Origin: Breznakia sp. PF5-3
Lineage (GTDB): Bacteria > Bacillota_I > Bacilli_A > Erysipelotrichales > Erysipelotrichaceae
Direction: 5' to 3'
Assembly: GCF_029504745.1 (NCBI RefSeq)
Contig: NZ_JAQFIQ010000012.1
Coordinates: 1-32,000 of the forward strand
DNA length: 32,000 nt
Of the stretch, positions 1-6,947 are shown in pieces. A model generated the notes under the pieces. It ran no database searches and had not been told where the DNA came from. It worked only from the letters and a program-made list of their open reading frames with translations. The first letter of the stretch is position 1. Every line of letters begins with the position of its first letter. A program made the position numbers and the translations under genes.

Positions 1-186
1 TGTTTCATTTTTAATACCTGCCTTTATTCCTGTATTGTATCAATCATTCTTACATTATTTTTGTACCATTAGGTATTCTTTGGTTGAATTAAGCGTAACA
101 ATTTAAAAAATAAAATATATTCAGTTTGGAACTCACAATATAATATCTATTGCCATTCGAAAGACGGTAATGCGTTATTAGGTAGA

Positions 187-348
187 GTGTGTGCGAGAAT
201 AGAAGATCTACATACTACTACTCTCAAATCTACTGAAGAATATTCTTTGTTAGCTAAAAAAGGTGTGTTACATCAATTAGCGGATGAAAAAAAACTTGGT
301 TGGATAGAGGATTATCTTTTAAAGCTATCCGAGTATATGGAGATATAG
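187..348 (+). CDS. Small ORF abutting the next gene (53 codons from GTG 187; frame open from 88). Possible first component, or the 3' remnant of a lost effector gene.
   Basis: Hand translation of frame 1, open 88-348: ...GRVCARIEDLHTTTLKSTEEYSLLAKKGVLHQLADEKKLGWIEDYLLKLSEYMEI*. It has no ATG. The stop TAG 346-348 lies 2 nt before ATG 351. All three + frames have stops within 1-106. Confidence 0.25.
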   Translation: MCARIEDLHTTTLKSTEEYSLLAKKGVLHQLADEKKLGWIEDYLLKLSEYMEI

Positions 349-350
349 TC

Positions 351-812
351 ATGAAAGAAATTGTTAGAAAGGTAAGTTATCAAGAGTTTATATTAATAAT
401 GCTTAGATTGATTAGCTTCTTAAATTGTCTAGGTATGGGACACAAAAAAAATACTACTAGAGATAGAATGGCATTGTATGATTTTTATTTGAAATTTCCG
501 GAGTTGATAAATCAAGAAGATTATAGACCAGATTTTGATACAGAGTTTTCTTATTTTTATTGGGTACCTAATTATACTCTTTACTCTTCTGTACTAATAA
601 ATTTAGAAGCTAGAGGCTTAATTCATAAGGATGAAAATGGAAATTACTCAATAACTGAACTAGGTACTAACTTTATTGGAGATATAGAGAATCCTTATTT
701 AGATAGAACTAATAAAAACAGTAAGTTTTTGATTTCAAATATATGCAAACTTAGTAATAAAGATATAATAAGTGATATTAACAATTTAATTTATAAGGAG
801 AGGGGATTATAG
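351..812 (+). CDS. Winged-helix 'middle component'-like protein (Lamassu LmuC / ABC-3C MC-like)
   Basis: ORF track 300..812. I prefer ATG 351 (GGAGA 339-343, 7-nt spacer), giving about 153 aa. There is a MarR-like wing, LEARGLIHKDENGNYSITELG. Stop TAG 810-812 is 2 nt from ATG 815 of the ATPase. The family call rests on context and memory, not a search. Confidence 0.5.
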   Translation: MKEIVRKVSYQEFILIMLRLISFLNCLGMGHKKNTTRDRMALYDFYLKFPELINQEDYRPDFDTEFSYFYWVPNYTLYSSVLINLEARGLIHKDENGNYSITELGTNFIGDIENPYLDRTNKNSKFLISNICKLSNKDIISDINNLIYKERGL

Positions 813-814
813 TT

Positions 815-2695
815 ATGAAAATGTTTATGAAAGCTTTTCGATTAACTGGAGATAGTAAAAATTATGAAGTAAATTTTAAAAGAGGTTTGAATTTTATATC
901 AGGTCCAACTTCTACAGGAAAATCGACAATACTTGAACTGATTAATTATGCATTAGGAGCAGATTCACACAAAAATTACATTGAAGTTCGTGAGAAATGT
1001 AAAGATGTTGAAATTGAAATTTTATTAAATGATACACTTTTTAGAATTCGAAGAAAATTATTTAGTCCAGATCTTCCAATTTTAGTAGAAATCTATGATA
1101 TAGATAGTAAGTCATTTGTTAAAAATGGTGTTTATTATGAAAATCCTGTGGATGGACAAGAAACATTATCTGATTTTTTATTATCAAAAATTGGGTTAGA
1201 TGGACTTACTATTGCAAACCAAAGATTCAGTTTTCGTGATTTATTTAAATATTCGTACTTAAAGCAAACAGAGATAGACAATGAGGACATATTTAATGCA
1301 GAAAAGAATTATATTTTAGATATTAAGCGAAAAGCGACATTTGAAATTGTATTTAGTATCTATAATAATCTAATTGGAGAACTTAAGGTAAGATTAAAAG
1401 AAAAGAAAGAAGAACTAAATAATGATAGAATTAAATACAATGGGATATCTGAATTTTTAAAAACGGCAGATATAAATGATTTTAACGAGATTGAAATTAA
1501 TAAAAACAAAATTATAGAAGAAATTAAAAACTTAAAAACTCAATTACTTAAAATCAAATCTAAATCTTATGAAGAGTCTGAGAATAAATATGTTAAGGAG
1601 TTAAATGAAATAGTTAGAACTAATAAATTAGAATTAATAAAATTAGACAAGCAATTAGATAATCAAAAACAATATATAAAAAAATTGTGTCAACTTTCAA
1701 ATCAATATGATAGAGATGTAGAAAAAATTGATGCAGCAAGGGTAGGAATTAATGAGATAAATAAATATGATTTTATATATTGTCCTAATTGCTTAAAACC
1801 TATAGCAAAACATGAGGGTATGGATTGTCAATTATGCGGTAATGAAATGAACGAAGTAATGGAAAATATATTATTACTTAAGTCAGAACGAAGTAGTGTA
1901 ATTAGAAAAAGGAATGAATTAGACAAACATATAAAAGAGCAAAGTGTAAAAAAGGAGTTTATCGAAAAAGAAAAGAAACAATTATTAGAAAAAATTGAGA
2001 TTAATAATCGCACAATTAATGAATTAACTGAGCAATTTATTAATCCCTATCTAGAAGAAATAAGCTTAATAAATTTAAAGATTGGAGAGAAGTATAAGGA
2101 ATTAGATGAATTAGAAAATAGTTTAAGATTTATTAAAGAATTAAATAGATTGACTATACTTTTAGAGCAAAAGAAAAAAGAAGTTGACGATCTAAATGAG
2201 CAAATTAAATCAAAATCAGCAGCTGTTGATAAAAAAGACATACTTCATAATTTGTCAAATAAGTTTAGTGATATTTTACAATCATTTAGGTTTCCAAAAT
2301 TAAGTGATTCATATATAAACACTACTAATTATTTACCCTATGTTAGAGGGAATAAGTATAATGATATCGGTAGTTTAGGAGCAGTTACTTTAATAACTAT
2401 GGCATATTATTTATCAATATTTATTGAATCAAAATCACCTGATTTTAATCATTTAAATTTATTAATGATAGATACTCCACGTAAAAACTTAGGGTCTTCA
2501 TCAACAGAAAAAGACTTTCAAGATGATGAAATATATTATGCAGTTATTCGTTATCTTATACAAATATGTAAAGATAATGAGAATGATATTCAATTGATTA
2601 TTGTTAATAATGGCTATCCTGAATTTTTACCTAAAGAAGATTTAATAATAGAGTTTTCATCAAGTGGAAAAAATGGATTAATAGATGATATTTAA
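815..2695 (+). CDS. SMC/Rad50-like ABC ATPase with a long coiled coil and a CxxC...CxxC hook (Lamassu LmuB / ABC-3C ATPase-like)
   Basis: - Walker A GPTSTGKST at nt 902-928.
- A K/E/L/N-rich heptad-like region of about 300 aa.
- CPNC-N13-CQLC at nt 1781-1837, mid coiled coil.
- C-terminal head with LNLLMIDTPRKNLG (Walker-B-like, nt ~2455-2490).
- 626 aa in total. Confidence 0.65.
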   Translation: MKMFMKAFRLTGDSKNYEVNFKRGLNFISGPTSTGKSTILELINYALGADSHKNYIEVREKCKDVEIEILLNDTLFRIRRKLFSPDLPILVEIYDIDSKSFVKNGVYYENPVDGQETLSDFLLSKIGLDGLTIANQRFSFRDLFKYSYLKQTEIDNEDIFNAEKNYILDIKRKATFEIVFSIYNNLIGELKVRLKEKKEELNNDRIKYNGISEFLKTADINDFNEIEINKNKIIEEIKNLKTQLLKIKSKSYEESENKYVKELNEIVRTNKLELIKLDKQLDNQKQYIKKLCQLSNQYDRDVEKIDAARVGINEINKYDFIYCPNCLKPIAKHEGMDCQLCGNEMNEVMENILLLKSERSSVIRKRNELDKHIKEQSVKKEFIEKEKKQLLEKIEINNRTINELTEQFINPYLEEISLINLKIGEKYKELDELENSLRFIKELNRLTILLEQKKKEVDDLNEQIKSKSAAVDKKDILHNLSNKFSDILQSFRFPKLSDSYINTTNYLPYVRGNKYNDIGSLGAVTLITMAYYLSIFIESKSPDFNHLNLLMIDTPRKNLGSSSTEKDFQDDEIYYAVIRYLIQICKDNENDIQLIIVNNGYPEFLPKEDLIIEFSSSGKNGLIDDI

Positions 2696-2722
2696 ACAAG
2701 CTTATTTCAAGAATAACCTTAG

Positions 2723-2860
2723 AAAATGATACTAAATTGATACTATTTTCTTGTCAAAAAACATATAGGTAGTATAATAACTATAGGAAATAGTAATAAA
2801 AGCAACCAAAACTAAACAAATATGTTTAACATTCATTCGGTATTATCGAGTGGGAATAGA
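2723..2860 (+). repeat. Direct repeat copy 1 (promoter plus conserved transcribed element), upstream of ktrB
   Basis: Hand alignment to 5277-5415 gives 13 differences, including one 1-nt indel, over about 138 nt. Contains hairpins taaaca-aata-tgttta (2813-2828) and cattcg-gtattat-cgagtg (2834-2852). Confidence 0.85.
2727..2778 (+). promoter_or_regulatory. Sigma-A-type promoter with an upstream hexamer direct repeat (copy 1)
   Basis: TGATACT at 2727-2733 and 2738-2744 (11-bp period). -35 TTGTCA 2751-2756, 16-nt spacer, -10 TATAAT 2773-2778. Confidence 0.6.
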
Positions 2861-3023
2861 AAAGACCGAAAAGATCTTTTATTTAATAAATATATTATTT
2901 TCTTTTTAATCCTTTGGTCATTTAATCGTTAAAAGCCTTCATTTTCATAGTCATTTTTTTTACCATTACTACTTAGTTGTTCATACTCTTGTAATATAAA
3001 GAAAAAGATGTAAAATATTAGAT

Positions 3024-4406
3024 ATGACTTCTACGCTAAAAAAAATAATAAAATTAGATGGGTTTTCCCCATCACAGAAGATAGCGATAAGCTTTGTAGT
3101 AGTAATTGTACTAGGAGCATTTGCTTTAATGCTACCAATTTCGAATGTTGATGGGAAGTATTTTTCATTTATTGATGCACTCTTTATGTCTACTAGCGCA
3201 ACATGTGTTACAGGACTCGCTGTTGTGCCTCCCGCTATACAGTTTACTACTTTTGGACAAGTGGTTCTTCTATTGCTAATTCAAATTGGTGGTTTGGGTT
3301 TGATGAGTATGGTTGCGAGCATTGCTCTTAGTATTAGAAAAAAACTCTCTATTCAAAACAAGTTAGCTATGAGAGAGATGTTAAATCAAACAAATATGTT
3401 GGATTTTAGAAAATTTCTTTTCGGAATCATTCGTTTTACTTTTGTTTTTGAAATTATTGGTACAATTATATTATCATTTGCATTTGTTCCTGAATATGGT
3501 TTGAAGGGGATTTATATCTCAATATTTACTTCAATTTCTGCATTCTGTAACGCAGGATTTGATATTATTGGTAGTAATAGTTTAGTGGAGTATGTAAATA
3601 ATCCAATTGTGAATTTTACAGTAATGATTTTAATTATTGCAGGTGGATTAGGGTTTATAGTATATTTTGATTTGAGAGATAAGTTCAAAGATTTTTTCAG
3701 AGGTAAGCTTTCATTTATAAGGTTAAAACAGCGACTGATGTTACAGACAAAAATTGTAATTGTTATTTCTGCGATTTTAATTTTTATTCCAGCATTACTA
3801 ATTTTTATTATAGAATTTAATAATCCTGCAACATTAGGTAATCTGGGAGTTGATGGTAAAATTTATGCTTCATTATTTAGTTCAGTAACTCTGAGAACCG
3901 CAGGGTTTGCAACGCTTGATTTTGCAGGTTTCTATCCAGTATCTCAATTTATTATGATAATTTGTATGTTTATTGGTGGCTCACCTGGAGGGACAGCAGG
4001 AGGTATCAAAACAACCACTCTTGCAATTATACTGATCAATGTTATTTGTAATATTCGAGGTCAAGAAAAGACATCAATTTTTCATCGTCATATATCACGC
4101 GATCTCATTGTACGATCCACGACGATATTGGTAATAAATCTTGGTGTATTATTCCTTGGGATTTTTGGGTTGCTAATAGTTTGTGATTTTGATTTTATAA
4201 CAATTATATTTGAAGCAGTATCAGCATTAGCAACTGTTGGATTAACTTTAGGGATTACAACACTATTACCAACAATTGCAAAGATAATCGTTGTTGTTTT
4301 AATGTATGTAGGTAGAATTGGTATTTTGACATTTTTAGTTTCAATTATAAGACAGGAAACTAAAAAATCTGTTGATTATGCTGAAGGAAATATTATGATT
4401 GGATAG
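3024..4406 (+). CDS. ktrB: KtrB/TrkH-family potassium uptake membrane subunit
   Basis: 460 aa, polytopic. Repeated pore-loop-like glycine motifs (IQIGGLG, FCNAGFD, TAGF, GGSPGGTAGGIKT) are typical of the Trk/Ktr family. Immediately followed by ktrA. Confidence 0.9.
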   Translation: MTSTLKKIIKLDGFSPSQKIAISFVVVIVLGAFALMLPISNVDGKYFSFIDALFMSTSATCVTGLAVVPPAIQFTTFGQVVLLLLIQIGGLGLMSMVASIALSIRKKLSIQNKLAMREMLNQTNMLDFRKFLFGIIRFTFVFEIIGTIILSFAFVPEYGLKGIYISIFTSISAFCNAGFDIIGSNSLVEYVNNPIVNFTVMILIIAGGLGFIVYFDLRDKFKDFFRGKLSFIRLKQRLMLQTKIVIVISAILIFIPALLIFIIEFNNPATLGNLGVDGKIYASLFSSVTLRTAGFATLDFAGFYPVSQFIMIICMFIGGSPGGTAGGIKTTTLAIILINVICNIRGQEKTSIFHRHISRDLIVRSTTILVINLGVLFLGIFGLLIVCDFDFITIIFEAVSALATVGLTLGITTLLPTIAKIIVVVLMYVGRIGILTFLVSIIRQETKKSVDYAEGNIMIG

Positions 4407-4416
4407 GAGAATAAAT

Positions 4417-5085
4417 ATGGTAAAGCAAAATAAACAATATGCAATATTGGGTTTAGGAATTTTTGGTTCTACAATAGCAAAAACTTTGAGCAATGCGAAT
4501 TGTGAAGTAATTGCTATTGATAAAGATATAGAGAGTGTACAACGCCTTGCAGATTGTGTCACAAGTGCAGTAAAAGGGGATATAACAGATATAGAAGTTT
4601 TAAGAAATGCTGGAGTGGGAGAATGTGATATTGCAGTTGTAGCAGTCGGTTCACATCTTGAAGAAAGCATTATGGCTGTTTTTAATGTACGGGAACTTGG
4701 CGTTCCTTTTGTTGTAGCGAAGGCAAAGAATAAACGCTATATGGAAGTTCTTAAAAAGGTAGGGGCACATAAAGTGGTACGTCCTGAAAAAGAAATGGGT
4801 GTAGTAACAGCAAAATCTCTGTTAAATGATAATATAATTGAGCGCATTGCATTTGATAATGATTACTCTGTAATAGAAATTAATACTCCCAAAATATGGG
4901 TCAATAAAACGCTGATTAATTTGAATTTGCGCGATCAATACGGGATCAATATTTTAGGAATTCGACGTCCAGATGAAAAAATGAATGTCACACCTTCTCC
5001 AGATTACATATTACATGCAGATGATCATATAGTATTAATTGCAGAATCCGAAAATTTAGAAAAACTAAATATACTTTTTAAGTAA
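4417..5085 (+). CDS. ktrA: KtrA/TrkA-family RCK (NAD-binding) regulatory subunit
   Basis: ORF track 4399..5085. I prefer ATG 4417 (AGGAGA 4405-4410). Rossmann motif ILGLGIFGSTIAKTL, with a C-terminal RCK_C-like region. Confidence 0.9.
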   Translation: MVKQNKQYAILGLGIFGSTIAKTLSNANCEVIAIDKDIESVQRLADCVTSAVKGDITDIEVLRNAGVGECDIAVVAVGSHLEESIMAVFNVRELGVPFVVAKAKNKRYMEVLKKVGAHKVVRPEKEMGVVTAKSLLNDNIIERIAFDNDYSVIEINTPKIWVNKTLINLNLRDQYGINILGIRRPDEKMNVTPSPDYILHADDHIVLIAESENLEKLNILFK

Positions 5086-5276
5086 AAATTTAATTATGCT
5101 TTTTTAAAATACAGAATTTATACATAAAATTAATGAATATAACATGGAACTAAAATAATAAATATAGTTGACAGTTTGAAAAGTTATTTTGTCATAAAAC
5201 TTCCAACTAATTATAAAAATGCACTAGTCTATAACACTCATTTATGTCATTGATCAAATCTAAACAATGCAGAATA

Positions 5277-5415
5277 AAAATGATACTAATTTGATACTGT
5301 TTTCTTGTCAAAAATCGTATAGGTAGTATAATAACTATAGAAAGTAGTAATAAAAGCACCCAAAAGTTAAACAAATATGTTTAATAATCATTCGGTATAA
5401 TCGAGTGGGAGTAGA
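5277..5415 (+). repeat. Direct repeat copy 2 (promoter plus conserved transcribed element)
   Basis: See copy 1. The same two hairpins are present (stem 1 is 7 bp here; loop 2 is gtataat). Confidence 0.85.
5281..5332 (+). promoter_or_regulatory. Sigma-A-type promoter with an upstream hexamer direct repeat (copy 2)
   Basis: TGATACT at 5281-5287 and 5292-5298 (11-bp period). -35 TTGTCA 5305-5310, 16-nt spacer, -10 TATAAT 5327-5332. Confidence 0.6.
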
Positions 5416-5455
5416 ATAGAAACTAAGAAAACGTCGATATTATCGGCGTTTTTTG
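5339..5455 (+). ncRNA. Candidate stand-alone small RNA, about 115 nt (promoter to intrinsic terminator), of unknown family
   Basis: The predicted start lies about 7 nt after the -10. There are two conserved hairpins, then a terminator at 5427-5455. The only ATG-initiated frame is 7 codons with no SD. Confidence 0.4.
5427..5455 (+). terminator. Rho-independent terminator
   Basis: aaaaCGTCGAT-att-ATCGGCGtttttt: a 7-bp GC-rich stem (one G-U pair) extended by A/U pairs, followed by a U-run. Confidence 0.75.
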
Positions 5456-5504
5456 TTGGTTTATAGGAGGTGTGACAATATTTTTGACAATACATTCAAA
5501 AAGT

Positions 5505-5714
5505 TCATCTTTTCTTTTTGGTGTTAATGGCTACTTCTTTTGGATAACTATCTTTCCATCATTGATATTCTTCTTGTGTTATTTTTCCCTGCTGGAGTTT
5601 CACATAAGCTACAAACCAATTGGAAATATCATCATAAATAGCATTAGGGAAAGGGGGAACTAGATAAACTTTTCCATTTATTTTAGCTGGTTTTAATTCA
5701 ATTATATTTTCAAG
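5505..5714 (-). pseudogene. 3' continuation of the XRE regulator, cut off by nonsense codons
   Basis: Hand translation in the same frame: ...HSLF*LENIIELKPAKINGKVYLVPPFPNAIYDDISNWFVAYVKLQQGKITQEEYQ*WKDSYPKEVAINTKKKR*. Stops fall at 5715-5717 (TAA), 5559-5561 (TGA) and 5505-5507 (TGA). Confidence 0.6.
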
Positions 5715-5948
5715 TTAAAACAAAGAGTGAATGATTGAGTAGTTATTATCATAACTAGGATCACTTAATGCAAAAACAGAGATATTCAGTGCATCTGCAA
5801 TTTTTTCTAATATGTCGCGAGATGGAATACGATTACCTAATTCATAATTACGAATAGAAGGTTCGCTAATTCCTACTTTTAAAGCAAGATCTTTCTGTGA
5901 TAACTTATTCTTCATTCTTTGATTTCGTATTTTTGTTCCTATTGTCAT
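5715..5948 (-). CDS. XRE-family HTH regulator, ended by a premature in-frame TAA (HTH domain retained)
   Basis: 77 aa. The HTH is LSQKDLALKVGISEPSIRNYELGNRIPS. The reading frame continues with homologous-looking sequence beyond the stop (see next feature). Confidence 0.75.
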   Translation of the reverse strand: MTIGTKIRNQRMKNKLSQKDLALKVGISEPSIRNYELGNRIPSRDILEKIADALNISVFALSDPSYDNNYSIIHSLF

Positions 5949-5954
5949 TATGAA

Positions 5955-6440
5955 TTATCCTCTCTCTTGTAGAGCGTACGACATGAGATATTCCTCATCA
6001 TTTTCACCTACAATTTTAAAGCCAACTCTTTTGTATAAGGAAAGAGCACGATTTTCTTTTTGAACTGCTAAAGCTACTTTTTTGTAGTGTTTCGATTGTA
6101 AAAGGGAAAGCATTTGTTCGAGTAGTTTTTGACCAATTTGCTTTCCTCTATACTTATCATAGACGGATATTGCTAATTCAGGTGTTTGAGAGTCTAAACT
6201 GCCATAGCCATTGATAATGCGTGCCCATACAACGCCAACAACCTTACCACTAATATCTGCACATAAACAATAATCATCGGGAAGCTTACCAAATTTATCA
6301 ATATATATTTGCAGTTCAGGTTTCTCTAAAATTGATCGAGGAAGCAAATTATCCTTATCTTTTTGAAAAATAGCTTCATAAAGAAAATCCTTTAATAGAA
6401 AATATTCATTTGGTTTTAATTCTCTGATTGAATAGTCCAT
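5955..6440 (-). CDS. GNAT-family N-acetyltransferase
   Basis: ORF track 5955..6476. I prefer ATG 6440 (AGAGAGG SD). The acetyl-CoA motif is RGKQIGQKLLEQMLSLL. Confidence 0.85.
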   Translation of the reverse strand: MDYSIRELKPNEYFLLKDFLYEAIFQKDKDNLLPRSILEKPELQIYIDKFGKLPDDYCLCADISGKVVGVVWARIINGYGSLDSQTPELAISVYDKYRGKQIGQKLLEQMLSLLQSKHYKKVALAVQKENRALSLYKRVGFKIVGENDEEYLMSYALQERG

Positions 6441-6648
6441 AAGGTAGCACCTCTCTTTCAAAAGTAAGTATAGCAAAGTAAAAGTAGGAATAAAAGTAAA
6501 AAAGTTTCAAAAATGAACTGTATAAATAATATGAATAAGGGAATTGAATAAAAAGTCTTGACAGTCATAAGTGAACTGATAACACACTGGTACAGTTCGA
6601 TATTGAACGGATAATATACATAACAGAAAAGAGGTGAAGAAACCATAA

Positions 6649-6855
6649 ATGACAAAGCATGTGTTTATGAATGATGACAAAGTTTCTCAATATCTAAACA
6701 TATCAAAACCGTTCGCATATAAAATAATCAAACAACTCAATAAAGAACTAGAGGCAAGAGGATATATAGTCATTGCAGGAAAAATAAACAAGAAGTTTTT
6801 TGAAGAAAGGATGTATGGAACGAATGAAACTGGTGAAGTAAAGGAGACAAGTTAA
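6649..6855 (+). CDS. Excisionase-type / MerR-like small DNA-binding protein of an integrative element
   Basis: 68 aa. VSQYLNISKPFAYKIIKQLNKELEARGYIVIAGKINKKFFEERMYG resembles the small HTH proteins that precede integrases in Firmicutes ICEs (from memory). Confidence 0.6.
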   Translation: MTKHVFMNDDKVSQYLNISKPFAYKIIKQLNKELEARGYIVIAGKINKKFFEERMYGTNETGEVKETS

Positions 6856-6858
6856 AGA

Positions 6859-6924
6859 ATAGCAGTATTAGAAAATAAGAAAACAAAGAAGTGGGAAGTA
6901 TGTTGTTATTATAAAGATATTTAA
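6859..6924 (+). pseudogene. Stub of a tyrosine-integrase N-terminus (Arm DNA-binding region)
   Basis: Hand translation gives (I)AVLENKKTKKWEVCCYYKDI*. The pattern K-x-W-x-V-x-x-YYKD is typical of integrase N-termini. There is no ATG and nothing follows. Confidence 0.4.
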
Positions 6925-6947
6925 GAGAACATAAATATCCGCAGTTC

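Noticed and set aside
1-106. A possible minus-strand gene start at the window edge (reverse complement reads aaggcaggtattaaaaATGAAACA, ATG at 8-6), versus a + strand frame-2 ORF open from 2 to the TAA at 104-106 (VSFLIPAFIPVLYQSFLHYFCTIRYSLVELSVTI*).
   Set aside because: Eight nucleotides of coding sequence, or a 35-codon hydrophobic tail, cannot be called either way. The SD-like AGGCAGG is mediocre. The ambiguity is left as a caveat to the Lamassu-like finding rather than reported as a feature.
1828-2241. Minus-strand ORFs 1828..2013 and 2047..2241 inside the ATPase gene. The same applies to other antisense or overlapping ORFs in the track: 4341..4670, 6458..6655, 7287..7592, 7604..7795, 7674..7874, 8369..8602, 8725..8949, 11855..12049, 14187..14378, 14560..14802, 18232..18444, 18893..19099, 24045..24227, 25053..25286, 26489..26713, 27700..27948, 27823..28020, 28304..28501, 28449..28637, 29217..29444, 29638..29835, 29957..30232, 30211..30474 and 31441..31740.
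   Set aside because: All lie antisense to, or out of frame within, much longer ORFs that have clear family signatures. Their products are low-complexity (F/L/I/S-rich), they lack SD sequences, and such frames are expected by chance in A/T-rich DNA.
2822-2932. A 36-codon ORF in the ktrB leader (MFNIHSVLSSGNRKDRKDLLFNKYIIFFLILWSFNR*) as a possible leader peptide or small membrane protein.
   Set aside because: It has no SD. In repeat copy 2 the same ATG opens only a 7-codon frame (MFNNHSV*), so the coding potential is not conserved while the RNA hairpins are.
2785-3023. A c-di-AMP (ydaO/kimA-type) riboswitch upstream of ktrB, as in Bacillus ktrAB.
   Set aside because: I could not find the conserved G/C-rich segments I associate with that riboswitch (GGGGA/ACCC-type cores and pseudo-two-fold symmetry). 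The leader is very A/U-rich with only two short hairpins. A covariance-model scan would be decisive.
5472-5663. A 63-aa + strand ORF that appears to sit behind an AGGAGG (5465-5470) just after the small-RNA terminator.
   Set aside because: The GTG start is only 1 nt from the SD-like sequence. The product is low-complexity and hydrophobic, and the region is the antisense of the in-frame continuation of the XRE pseudogene, which explains the open frame.
5715-6440. The GNAT acetyltransferase and adjacent XRE-HTH gene as a GNAT-type toxin-antitoxin pair (TacT/AtaT-like).
   Set aside because: Known GNAT toxin modules have an upstream RHH/DUF1778 antitoxin. Here the HTH gene is downstream, is itself a decayed ICE-type regulator, and the GNAT shows only generic acetyl-CoA motifs. 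The pairing is plausible but unsupported.
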